DNA from: Blastococcus sp.
GTDB taxonomy: Bacteria > Actinomycetota > Actinomycetes > Mycobacteriales > Geodermatophilaceae
Assembly: GCA_035999465.1 (NCBI GenBank)
Contig: DASYGS010000011.1
Location: forward strand, 14,521-78,520
DNA: 64,000 bases
Direction: 5' to 3'
Numbering within the stretch: position 1 is the first letter of the stretch; the number at the start of each line of letters is the position of its first letter. Shown piece after piece: positions 39,973-52,643 of the stretch. Below the pieces are notes generated by a model, which was not told where the DNA came from, searched no databases, and saw only the letters and a list, made by a program, of their open reading frames with translations. The position numbers and the translations under genes are program-made.

Positions 39973-40725
39973 CTGACCCTTGAGGGGCGGGCCGGCTACT
40001 ACGACGGCGCCGGCTCGCTCAAGGACATGGTGCAGAACCACCTCATGGAGGCGATGGCGCTCGTCCTGATGGAGCACCCGGCGCGGATCGACGCCCGCTC
40101 CTTCCGTGACGTGCGCGTCGAGGCGCTGCGGTCGGTGGCCACCCCGCGGGCGGGGGACATGCGGCGGAACACGGTGCGCGCCCGGTACACCGCCGGCTCG
40201 ATCGGCGCCCGGCAGGTGCCCTCCTACGTCGACGAGCCCGGGGTCGATCGCGGGCGCAACACCGAGACCTACGCGGCCCTCACCGTCGACGTGGACAACC
40301 CGCGCTGGGCCGGGGTGCCGTTCACGCTGCGCTCGGGCAAGGCGCTGGCGGCGGACTCGGCCGAGATCGCCGTCCACTTCAAGCCCCTGCCCGCCTACCT
40401 GCTCGACCGGTGGCCAGGCGTCCAGCCGAACGTGCTCCGGCTCGGCCTCACCGACCCGTACGTGCGGCTGAGCACCACGCTCAACGGCCCGGAGCAGACC
40501 GCCGAGACGCGCGAGCTCGAGGCGCGGTCCACCCCTCCGCGGTTCGAGGCCTACGCGCACCTCATCCACAAGATGCTGCGGAACGACCCCATGCTGTTCA
40601 TCCGCGGCGACGAGGCCGAGGAGGCCTGGCGCGTCATCGACCCCGTGATGCAGGCATGGGCGGCCGGTGACGTCCGCATGCAGGAGTACGTGGCGGGTCA
40701 CGCCCCGCCCGATCCCGCTCCGTGA
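39973..40725 (+). pseudogene. zwf: Glucose-6-phosphate dehydrogenase, C-terminal domain only
   Basis: LEGRAGYYDGAGSLKDMVQNHL, TETYA, RWAGVPFTLRSGK, EEAWRVIDP; NAD(P)-binding domain and RIDH motif missing. Confidence 0.85.
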
Positions 40726-40883
40726 CGGCGCAGGTCCCGACGGGACGGTGTGGTGCCGGGCGGAGTCATCCGTGCAGGGGGATGCCGGGTGGCCGGGCGA
40801 CTGCGGAGATGGAGGCAGTCGCCGAACGTGCGCCCCGGATGCCTGTGGCACCGGAGCCGGTGGCACCTAGAGGAGGTGGTGAC

Positions 40884-41372
40884 GTGACAGATCAGGTGAT
40901 CGGGCAGCCGACCGAGCAGGCCGTCGAGTCCGTCGAGTCCGTCGACGAGTTGGGCCCGGTGGACTGGCTGGTGGTGGAGTTCCCTGGGAGCAGGTTCACG
41001 GGCGAGATCGCCCCGATCCTGGACGGTCTGGTGGAGAACGGCACGATCCGGATCCTGGATCTCGTGCTGATCAGGAAGGGCGAGGACGGGTCACTGGACT
41101 TCCACGAGCTCAGCGAACTCGACGAGAGCGAGGTCGGCAGCCTGAGGGCTTACGAGACGGAACTGGCGGTGCTGCTGAGCGAGGAGGACGTCGCATCCGT
41201 CGCCGAGGCCGTGGAGCCGGGCAGCACCGCTGCCCTGCTGGTGTGGGAGAACCTCTGGGCGGCTCCGTTCGGGTCGGCGGTGCGGCACGCCGGCGGACAG
41301 CTGGTCGCGAGCGGCCGGATCCCCGTGCAAGCCCTCCTGGCGGCCGTCGAGGCCGAGGAAGAGAGTGAGTGA
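40884..41372 (+). CDS. DUF6325/DUF1269-like protein
   Basis: RBS AGGAGG; GPVDWLVVEFPG, IRILDL, LVWENLWA, SGRIP. Confidence 0.8.
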   Translation: MTDQVIGQPTEQAVESVESVDELGPVDWLVVEFPGSRFTGEIAPILDGLVENGTIRILDLVLIRKGEDGSLDFHELSELDESEVGSLRAYETELAVLLSEEDVASVAEAVEPGSTAALLVWENLWAAPFGSAVRHAGGQLVASGRIPVQALLAAVEAEEESE

Positions 41373-41373
41373 C

Positions 41374-41538
41374 ATGCCTCTGGCAGCGAGAAGGGCACGT
41401 CGCGGAGGAGTGATCGGCCGGCCGGTGGCCCGGACGGCCGCGGTCGTGGGAACGGCGGCCGTCGTCGCCCACGGCGTGGGCCGCCGGCACGACCGAAGGG
41501 ACGACCGGCGGGACGACCGCCGCGACCGGAGAAGGTGA
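41374..41538 (+). CDS. Small Arg/Asp-rich protein (not in ORF track)
   Basis: MPLAARRARRGGVIGRPVARTAAVVGTAAVVAHGVGRRHDRRDDRRDDRRDRRR, starts 1 nt after DUF6325 stop. Confidence 0.65.
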   Translation: MPLAARRARRGGVIGRPVARTAAVVGTAAVVAHGVGRRHDRRDDRRDDRRDRRR

Positions 41539-41647
41539 CCCGGCCGACAGCTGGAGACATCGGGCAGGGGGCCGGGCCGCCACGAGCGAGTCGGGCCTGC
41601 CTCCCCCGCCCCGGTAGGGGCGCGGGCACCCTGGCACGTCTCCAGGG

Positions 41648-41965
41648 TCAGGCGGGGCCGTCGTCGGCCAGGGCCAGCAGCTCCCGGCACAGGGTGCTCA
41701 GGCTCAGCTCGGTCCAGCGGCGGGACGACAGGAACGCGACGAGGCCGGGCAGGCGGGCATCGTCGCGGTCGGCCGGCTCCAGTGGCTCCCACCTGCCCAC
41801 GGCGGCACCGGGTACGTCGGTCAGCAGGCCGTGCAGGTGCTGCCGGTCCTTCGCGGCGAGAACCGCGCGGGCCAGCAACTCGGGGCGGAACCTGCGCCAC
41901 TGATAGGGCTGCAGCGCCGCCACAGCCTGGGATCCGGCGTCGCTCCGGGGGTCGGTCGCATTCAC
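41648..41965 (-). CDS. Hypothetical protein with internal helical repeat
   Basis: RBS GAGGAG before GTG; LQPYQWRRFRPELLARAVL and LSSRRWTELSLSTLCRELL are similar halves. Confidence 0.55.
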   Translation of the reverse strand: MNATDPRSDAGSQAVAALQPYQWRRFRPELLARAVLAAKDRQHLHGLLTDVPGAAVGRWEPLEPADRDDARLPGLVAFLSSRRWTELSLSTLCRELLALADDGPA

Positions 41966-42229
41966 CCGGCACTCCTCGCCGCCGAACTGCCGACGGCTGT
42001 CGTTGTCGTGAAGCGCGGGGCCTCGCCTCCGTGCCGGGCGTCCTGCCGACCCACCACGACCATCGTCGCCCCCCATCCTCGCGCCGCACACGGCTTCCCG
42101 CGCGCGGGCGCGCGTTGCCGGGGACGACCCGCGGAGCCGCACCGGCTCACCCCGCCGGGAGGAGGCCCTCCGTCCGATGACCCCGGTGGAATGGGAGAAG
42201 CCTGCCGACACGCCCCCTGGAGGACGGAC

Positions 42230-44581
42230 ATGGCGATCGACGAGTACCCGCGGGGAGTGGCGTTTCCGGGCGTCATCGGGCGCACGACCGATGAGTCCAG
42301 CCCCGCCTGGCCACAGCCGGTCCGTGCCCTTCCCGGCTCGCCGAACGTGCTGTTCATCGTGCTGGACGACGTCGGCTTCGGGCAGCTGGGGTGCTACGGC
42401 AGCCCCATCGCGACGCCGACCTTCGACGCGCTGGCTGCGGGCGGCCTGCGCTACAACAACATGCACACGACCGCGCTCTGCTCGCCGAGCCGGTCGTGCA
42501 TCGTCACCGGGCGCAACCACCACAGCAACGGCATGGCTGCGATCACCGAGCTCGCCTCGGGCTACCCGGGCTACAACGGCGTCGTCCCGTTCGAGAACGG
42601 CTTCCTGTCGGAGATGTTGCTCGGGCACGGCTACAGCACGTTCATGGTCGGCAAGTGGCATCTGACGCCGAGCAGCCAGGAGACCGCCGCCGGCCCGTAC
42701 GACCGCTGGCCGCTGGCCCGTGGCTTCGAGCGCTTCTACGGGTTCCTCGGCGGTGACACGAGCCAGTGGTATCCCGACCTCGTCTACGACAACCACCAGG
42801 TCGAGCCGCCTTCGACGCCGGAGGAGGGGTACCACCTCACCGAGGACCTCGTCGATCGGTCGATCGGGTTCATCGCCGACGCCAAGCAGGTGGACCCGGA
42901 CAAGCCGTTCTACCTGCACCTGTGCTTCGGCGCCGCGCACGCGCCCCACCACGTGCCGAAGCAGTGGGCCGACCGGTACGCCGGGCAGTTCGACGAGGGC
43001 TGGGACGTCTACCGCGAGCGGGTGTTCGCCCGGCAGAAGGAGCTCGGCGTCGTCCCCGCCGACGCCGAACTCTCCCGGCACGACCCCGACGTGCCGGACT
43101 GGGACTCGCTGCCCGAGCCGTCCCGGCGGCTGTTCAGCCGGATGATGGAGGTCTACGCGGGCTTCCTCAGCCACACCGACCATCACCTCGGTAGGTTGCT
43201 CGACTTCCTCCGCGACCACGGGCACCTCGACAACACGATGGTCCTGGTCATCTCCGACAACGGAGCCAGCGCCGAGGGCGGGCCGGCCGGCACAACCAAC
43301 GAGGCCCAGTTCTTCAACAACGCCCCGGAGCCGCTCGAGGACAGCCTGAAGGTCATCGACGAACTCGGCGGCCCCAACCACTTCAACCACTACCCGTGGG
43401 GCTGGACGTGGGCCGGCAACACCCCGTTCCGGCGCTGGAAGCGGGAGACCTACAAGGGCGGGGCCTGCGACCCGTTCATCGTGTCGTGGCCGCGCGGGGT
43501 CAGGGCGCGCGGTGAGGTCCGCACCCAGTACGCGCACATCGTCGACATGGTGCCGACGGTCCTCGACCTGCTCGGCGTCGAGCCACCCGCGGCGATCCGG
43601 GGCGTGACGCAGTCACCGCTGCACGGAGTCAGCTTCGCGCACACCCTCGACGACGCGGCCGCGCCGACCCGTCACCACACCCAGTACTTCGAGATGCTCG
43701 GGCACCGCGCGATCTACCACGACGGCTGGCGGGCGGTCTGCCCGTGGCCCGGCCCCTCCTTCGCCGAGGCCGGCTTCGGCTTCGGGCAGCCGATCACCGC
43801 CGACAAGCTCACCGAGCTCGACGCGAAGGGCTGGGAGCTCTACCACGTCGAGAAGGACTTCGCGGAGAACCACGACCTCGGCGAGGAGCACCGCGACAAG
43901 CTCATCGCGCTCATCGCGACCTGGTACGTCGAGGCCGGCAGGTACGGCGTGCTGCCGGTCGACGGCAGCGGGCTGGCCCGCATGGTCGCGGACAAGCCGT
44001 TGGTCGCCGCGCCGCGGGACCGCTACGTGTACCTGCCGAACACGCAGTCGGTGCCCTTCTTCGCGGGGCCGCGGGTCCTGAACCGCCCGCACAGCATCAC
44101 CGCGGACGTCGACATCCCGGACGGCGGTGCCGAGGGCGTCCTGCTGTGCCAGGGCACCGCGGCCGGCGGCTACTCGCTGTTCGTCAAGGAGGGCCGGCTG
44201 CACTACGTGCACAACTACGTGGGCCGCAGCCTGCACCGCGTCTCCTCGCCGGAACCGCTGGCCGCCGGCTCGCACGAGCTGCGCTTCGAGTTCGAGCCCA
44301 CCGGTCTGCCGGACCTGCCGAACGGCCGCGGCGCGCCCGGCCGGTTGCAGCTCTACGTCGACGGCGATCTGGTCGCCGCCGATCAGGCGCCGGTCACCAC
44401 ACCGTTCGCGCTGAACCCCGGCGCACTCACCTGCGGCGCCAACCCCGGCTCGCCGGTGACCCCCGATTACCCGTCGCCCTTCCGGTTCACCGGAACGCTG
44501 CGCACCGTCACGATCGACGTCTCCGGAGACCTCATCACCGACAGCGAGAGCGAGCTGCGCATGGCGATGGCGCGGCAGTAG
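42230..44581 (+). CDS. Arylsulfatase (Cys-type, formylglycine-dependent)
   Basis: PNVLFIVLDDVG, LCSPSR, GKWHL, SDNG, C-terminal LamG-like domain; RBS GGAGG. Confidence 0.93.
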   Translation: MAIDEYPRGVAFPGVIGRTTDESSPAWPQPVRALPGSPNVLFIVLDDVGFGQLGCYGSPIATPTFDALAAGGLRYNNMHTTALCSPSRSCIVTGRNHHSNGMAAITELASGYPGYNGVVPFENGFLSEMLLGHGYSTFMVGKWHLTPSSQETAAGPYDRWPLARGFERFYGFLGGDTSQWYPDLVYDNHQVEPPSTPEEGYHLTEDLVDRSIGFIADAKQVDPDKPFYLHLCFGAAHAPHHVPKQWADRYAGQFDEGWDVYRERVFARQKELGVVPADAELSRHDPDVPDWDSLPEPSRRLFSRMMEVYAGFLSHTDHHLGRLLDFLRDHGHLDNTMVLVISDNGASAEGGPAGTTNEAQFFNNAPEPLEDSLKVIDELGGPNHFNHYPWGWTWAGNTPFRRWKRETYKGGACDPFIVSWPRGVRARGEVRTQYAHIVDMVPTVLDLLGVEPPAAIRGVTQSPLHGVSFAHTLDDAAAPTRHHTQYFEMLGHRAIYHDGWRAVCPWPGPSFAEAGFGFGQPITADKLTELDAKGWELYHVEKDFAENHDLGEEHRDKLIALIATWYVEAGRYGVLPVDGSGLARMVADKPLVAAPRDRYVYLPNTQSVPFFAGPRVLNRPHSITADVDIPDGGAEGVLLCQGTAAGGYSLFVKEGRLHYVHNYVGRSLHRVSSPEPLAAGSHELRFEFEPTGLPDLPNGRGAPGRLQLYVDGDLVAADQAPVTTPFALNPGALTCGANPGSPVTPDYPSPFRFTGTLRTVTIDVSGDLITDSESELRMAMARQ

Positions 44582-44603
44582 CGATGAGAATCGGCAGCGG
44601 GCC

Positions 44604-44762
44604 ATGACACTCGCGAGCTCGCCCGCGAGCCCGAAGGACCGGTTCGCCACCTCCCCGTACGGCAGCGGGAAGAAGTGGAAGTACTGCCACGGTGCGGTCG
44701 TCCCCCCGCAGCCGCGTCCCGCCGAGGTCCGTGATCAAGCCGCTGCCGACGGCATCGGCTGA
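44604..44762 (+). pseudogene. Degenerate SEC-C motif peptide, probable remnant of a sulfatase maturase
   Basis: MTLASSPASPKDRFATSPYGSGKKWKYCHG... resembles CPCGSGKKWKxCHG with the first two Cys lost. Confidence 0.6.
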
Positions 44763-44820
44763 TCATCCGGTGACCGCCGCACCCGCGAATGCGCCGCCGG
44801 CGGGGATCCCGCGGATCAGC

Positions 44821-47800
44821 TCACGGCCATGAACTGATGGTGGTCGACGGGTCGGTGGGTGGGGCCAGCAGGGCCGTGGTCAGCCCGGTGATGTCGAGTG
44901 CGCGTCGGGCCCGGCCGGCAGTGGGGAGCAGGACGTCGAGGTCGCGGTGGTCGCGTGCGGCCCGGGCAGCGTGCAGCAGCAGGCCGACACCGACGCTGGC
45001 GACGAAGCCGAGGCCGGTGAGGTCGAGCGTGACCGGCCGGTCGCCGTCGGCCAGGGCGGCCAGCAATGAGTCGCGGACGGCGGTGGCGCCGACCAGGTCG
45101 AGGTCGCCGGTCAGCGCGAGAAGCTGCCGGCCGCCGTCCTCGCTGGTGGCGAGGGCCGCCGGCCGCTCCTCGGCGGGCGCGGCAACGGTCGGCACCGGCG
45201 CGCCGGAAACCGTCGCGCTGCCCGGCACCGACGGCACGGGGAGCAACCGGAACCGCAGGACGGTGCCGCTCGGACCGTGGTGGAGCTCCACGTCGGCGGC
45301 AAGGGTGTTGATCATCTGCAGCCCCCGGCCGCGGTAGCCGGAGTCGGCGGCGGGTGGGTGCCAGGTACCGCCGTCGGTCACGGTCACCGTCAGGCCGCCG
45401 GCGGCGTCGCGGTCGAGCGTGACCTGCACCCGACCGGGAACGTCGGTGTCGCGGTAGGCGTGCTCGACGGAGTTGGCCACGGCCTCGCCCAGTGCCAGCT
45501 CGAGGTCCTGCGCGGTGTCCGGATCGAGGCCGGCACCGCTGGCCCAGTCCAACGCCTGCCGACGGACGCGGGACAACTGCGCGGGGTCGGCGGGCAGGTC
45601 CAGGTGCAGCGGTGGGGGCAGCAGCCGGACCGCGACCACGGCGATGTCGTCGGCGGCGCCGGTGGCGTCGACCAGGTCGGCCAGCACGCCGTCGACGACG
45701 GCCGCCAGGGGGGCGTCGCGGCGGGCGGTGACCGCGGCGGCCAGTCGGCCGAGCCCGGTGTCGAGCGCGGCGGCCCGGCTCTCCACCAGGCCGTCGGTGA
45801 ACAGCAGGAGGGTCCCTCCCGGCGGCACCGTCGCCGTGGCCTGCGGCCGTGGCCCCCGGCCGGGCAGCCCGAGCGCCGGGCCCAGGCCCTCGTCGAGGAA
45901 AGCGGTGCCCCCGCTGTCGACCACCACGGGTGGCGGATGGCCGGCGCGGCTGTAGATCAGCGTGCCGGTGGCCGGATCCAGCTGCAGGCAGGCCACGGTG
46001 CAGACTCCGGCGCCGGGCACCTCGTCGGCGAACAGGTCCAGCAGCTCGAGCGCTTCGGCCGGCGGGTGCCCGGCGAGCAGCAGGGTGGCCAGCGAGCTGC
46101 GTAGCTGGCCCATCGCGGCGGCGGCGGCAGCGCCGTTGCCGACGATGTCTCCGACGGCGAGGGCGACCCGGCCGTCCCGGAGGCGGTGGACGTCGTACCA
46201 GTCGCCGCCGGCAGCCATGCCTTCTCCGGCGGCCAGGTAGCGGGTGACCACCTCGAGCCGGTCCAGCTGGGGCAGCCGCGTGGGCAGCAGGCTGCGCTGC
46301 AGGGTGTCGGCCACCTCGCGGCGGACGTCGGCCAGCGCGGCGCGCTCGAGGGCGATGGCGACCTGGTCGGCGACGGTGCGCAGGAAGGCCCGCTCGTCGT
46401 CGTCGAACCGCCGCGGCGTGGCGAAGGTGACGCTGAGCACTCCGACCACCCGGTCCTGGGCCAGTAGCGGCAGCGCCGCCACCCCCTGGGTGGTGGGCAG
46501 CAGGTGCGGCTCTGCCTGCGGGAACCGCTCGACCGCTGCTGCGCGGTCGGGCAGGTACACCGGGCGCCGGGTGCGGGCGGCTTCCGAAGGCGGGAACGGA
46601 GCGGTCAGCGGCATCGTGGCGAACACGCCCAGCCGCTCGTGCGGGTAGCCGCGCGCCTCGACGGTGTGCAGCAGCTCGTCGGGGTCCACGGTCGACACCG
46701 AGACCACCGACGCGTCGAGGGCCTCGCGCAGGCCGGCGGTCAGGGCGGCGGTCGCCTCGGCGACCGTGCCGGCCGCCGACAGCGCCGCGGTGAGCTGCTG
46801 CAGTTGCCGCTGTCGGACGGCCGCCTGCTCGGCGGCGACCATCGCGGCGATCCGCTGGCCCAGCTCGCCGGTCACGGCGAGGTCGTCGTCGTCGTAGTGG
46901 CGGTGCGGGTCGGCGGTGGAGACGGTCAGCAGCCCGACTCGCTGCCCGGCGGTGACCAGCGGGGCCACCAACCGGCTGCGTACGCCGTCGTCGGCAGCGA
47001 GGAGCGCGAACCGACCATCGCCCCCGGCGGCGTCGCGTCGCATGGCCTCGGAAACCTCACCGACCGCGAACGGGCGGTCGGTGCCCACCCTCGGCTTGAG
47101 CTCGTCGGGGATGGTCAGCGGCGGCACGTCGGTCCCGCGCGCGGCGACCTCGTCGGGGGCGGCGGCCACGAGGCGGTAGCGGTCGTCGTCCCCCCGCAGC
47201 CACACCAGCGCCCGGTCACCCAGCGGCCCGACGGCCAGCGCGGCCACCTCACCCAGCCGCTCCTCCAGGCTCCCCCCGGTGGCCAGGACCCGGCTGGCGG
47301 AGGCCAACAGCGCGGCGGCCTGTTCCCGCCGCTTGCTCTCGGTGACGTCGATGAGCACCACGTGCAGCGCCCGGGGGTGGCCGGCGTCGTCCCGGGCCAC
47401 GTGACCGAGGTGCTGCAACCACAGCCACCGGCCGTCCCGAGTCCGCGCCCGGTACGACATGGTGAAGTCCACGTCGGTGGCCACCGCCTGCCGCACCCGG
47501 CGCAGCGCCGGCTCGCGGTCGTCGGGGTGCAGGATGCCCGGCCACAGTTCGCTGTGCTCCAGCCACTGCGCGGCCGGGTAACCGAGCAACTCCTCGGCCC
47601 GGTCGTTGATGTAGCGGATCCGCAGCGTGTAGGGGTCCCGTTCCCACACGACCGCGTTGAGCCCGGCGACCATCGTCCGCAGGCGGGCCGCGCCGGCCTC
47701 CGCCGCCGAGCGGGCCTGCTGCTGTCCGGTGACGTCGACGATGGTGGCGCACACCAACCGCCGGTCGGCCGACGGCAGCCGCAGCAGGGTGACCTCGCAG

Positions 47801-48219
47801 GGGAGCTCGGCGCCGTCGCCGCGCCGGTGCGTCCATTCGAACCGCGGCCGGCCGCCGGCCAGGGCCTGGTCGAGGTACTCCCGTGCCGTCGCCTGTGACG
47901 GTCGGCCGTCGGGCTGCTCCCGCGGGCTGAGCTCGACCGGGCCGACCCGCAGCAGCCGTTCGCGGTCCACGCCGAACAGGTTCGCTGCCGCCGCGTTGAC
48001 CGACACGAAGCAGCCGGTGTCGACGTCCAGCAGCACGATCCCGACCGGCGCGTGCTCGAGCAGCACCCGTGCATCCGCCGGCTGCTCCATGGTCGTGCCG
48101 GCTGCACCGATCTGTCCGCCGGCCGAGTCGGAGCCGTCCCGTGGCGCGGGCAGCTGGTCGCCCCGACGAGGATCAGCGTGGCCATCCGTCGGATGCGGCG
48201 TCCCGGCGGGATGGTTCAC
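44821..48219 (-). CDS. PAS-PAS-GAF-GAF-SpoIIE phosphatase-HATPase-STAS multidomain regulator
   Basis: LHPDDR PAS, LQRSLLP, GGDWYD, GDIVG, RAGHPPP, FTDGLVE, EAVANSVEH/GRGL, LTGDLD/FVASVG; start 48219 or 48090. Confidence 0.9.
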   Translation of the reverse strand: MNHPAGTPHPTDGHADPRRGDQLPAPRDGSDSAGGQIGAAGTTMEQPADARVLLEHAPVGIVLLDVDTGCFVSVNAAAANLFGVDRERLLRVGPVELSPREQPDGRPSQATAREYLDQALAGGRPRFEWTHRRGDGAELPCEVTLLRLPSADRRLVCATIVDVTGQQQARSAAEAGAARLRTMVAGLNAVVWERDPYTLRIRYINDRAEELLGYPAAQWLEHSELWPGILHPDDREPALRRVRQAVATDVDFTMSYRARTRDGRWLWLQHLGHVARDDAGHPRALHVVLIDVTESKRREQAAALLASASRVLATGGSLEERLGEVAALAVGPLGDRALVWLRGDDDRYRLVAAAPDEVAARGTDVPPLTIPDELKPRVGTDRPFAVGEVSEAMRRDAAGGDGRFALLAADDGVRSRLVAPLVTAGQRVGLLTVSTADPHRHYDDDDLAVTGELGQRIAAMVAAEQAAVRQRQLQQLTAALSAAGTVAEATAALTAGLREALDASVVSVSTVDPDELLHTVEARGYPHERLGVFATMPLTAPFPPSEAARTRRPVYLPDRAAAVERFPQAEPHLLPTTQGVAALPLLAQDRVVGVLSVTFATPRRFDDDERAFLRTVADQVAIALERAALADVRREVADTLQRSLLPTRLPQLDRLEVVTRYLAAGEGMAAGGDWYDVHRLRDGRVALAVGDIVGNGAAAAAAMGQLRSSLATLLLAGHPPAEALELLDLFADEVPGAGVCTVACLQLDPATGTLIYSRAGHPPPVVVDSGGTAFLDEGLGPALGLPGRGPRPQATATVPPGGTLLLFTDGLVESRAAALDTGLGRLAAAVTARRDAPLAAVVDGVLADLVDATGAADDIAVVAVRLLPPPLHLDLPADPAQLSRVRRQALDWASGAGLDPDTAQDLELALGEAVANSVEHAYRDTDVPGRVQVTLDRDAAGGLTVTVTDGGTWHPPAADSGYRGRGLQMINTLAADVELHHGPSGTVLRFRLLPVPSVPGSATVSGAPVPTVAAPAEERPAALATSEDGGRQLLALTGDLDLVGATAVRDSLLAALADGDRPVTLDLTGLGFVASVGVGLLLHAARAARDHRDLDVLLPTAGRARRALDITGLTTALLAPPTDPSTTISSWP

Positions 48220-48421
48220 GGGTACCCCCTGTGCAGGATCGGCCCCCGTGGCGATTCCAGGATGGCCGCCAGTATGCCGCGATCTGCCGGTGGCGCCCTC
48301 GAGGCGAGTGGCGTGGAGGCCGCCGATGTCGGCGGCCGAGGTCCTGGTGCGGCGTGATCGGCAGGGCTTGACTGGTGGTGCCCTGCAGCGGCGGGGGTCG
48401 GCGGCGAGGGAGGACCTGACC

Positions 48422-48871
48422 GTGGACCACTTTCCTCGGCTGCGGGCTCGCGACCTGACCGGTCGCGCACGATGGTTGCCCGACGCGTTCCAGGAGCAGC
48501 TCGGCCTCGTCTTCGTCGCGTTCCGCCGGGAGCAGCAGGCCACCATCGATTCCTGGGGGCCGTGGCTGCGCCGGCTGGACGTCGAGGAGCGGCTGGCGTT
48601 CTACGAGGTGCCCGTCCTGGGGCGACGCTGGGCGCCGATGCGCCCGGTCATCGACGGCGGCATGGCCGCCGCCGTTCGTGATGAGACGGCGCGTCGCCGA
48701 ACGCTGACCGTCTACGGCGACGTGGGGAGCATCGCCGAAGCCCTCGGCATCGCCGACCGGTCAACGGTGTCGATTTTCCTCGTCGACCGGGACGGGCACA
48801 TCATGGACCGCGCCACCGGACCCTTCGACGAGGCCGCGGCGGCCCGCTTCGCCGCGCACGCGAAGGACTGA
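48422..48871 (+). CDS. ATP10-like thioredoxin-fold hypothetical protein
   Basis: RBS GGAGG; FPRLRARDLTG...LP, VAFRREQQATIDSW, YEVPV, IDGGM, FLVDRDG. Confidence 0.7.
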   Translation: MDHFPRLRARDLTGRARWLPDAFQEQLGLVFVAFRREQQATIDSWGPWLRRLDVEERLAFYEVPVLGRRWAPMRPVIDGGMAAAVRDETARRRTLTVYGDVGSIAEALGIADRSTVSIFLVDRDGHIMDRATGPFDEAAAARFAAHAKD

Positions 48872-48878
48872 CGACCGC

Positions 48879-52367
<3,489 letters not shown>

Positions 52368-52643
52368 CGCGGCGTCCGTTCGGGGCGTCTGGGCGGATGG
52401 AGCGGGCCGAGGCGCGCCGGACGCGGCACATGGCCTCATCGTCACGCCGGCCCCGGTACCGGCCGCGGGTTCAGCCGGTCCGGGCGGTCGGACCCGAGCT
52501 TTCCACGTCCCCGGCCCTCCTGGGTGCCTCGTCTGCCCTGCCGCGGCGAACCTGGCAGCCGCGCAGCTCAGGGGTCCCGGTGCAGGCGTCGTCGCCCGAC
52601 GCGACCGCAGACCGGCCGTCGGCCCAGCCCTTCGGCCTGCGGA

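Noticed and set aside
40921-40946. CCGTCGAGT 9-bp tandem repeat
   Set aside because: In-frame low-complexity coding repeat (VESVESVDE) with no sign of phase variation
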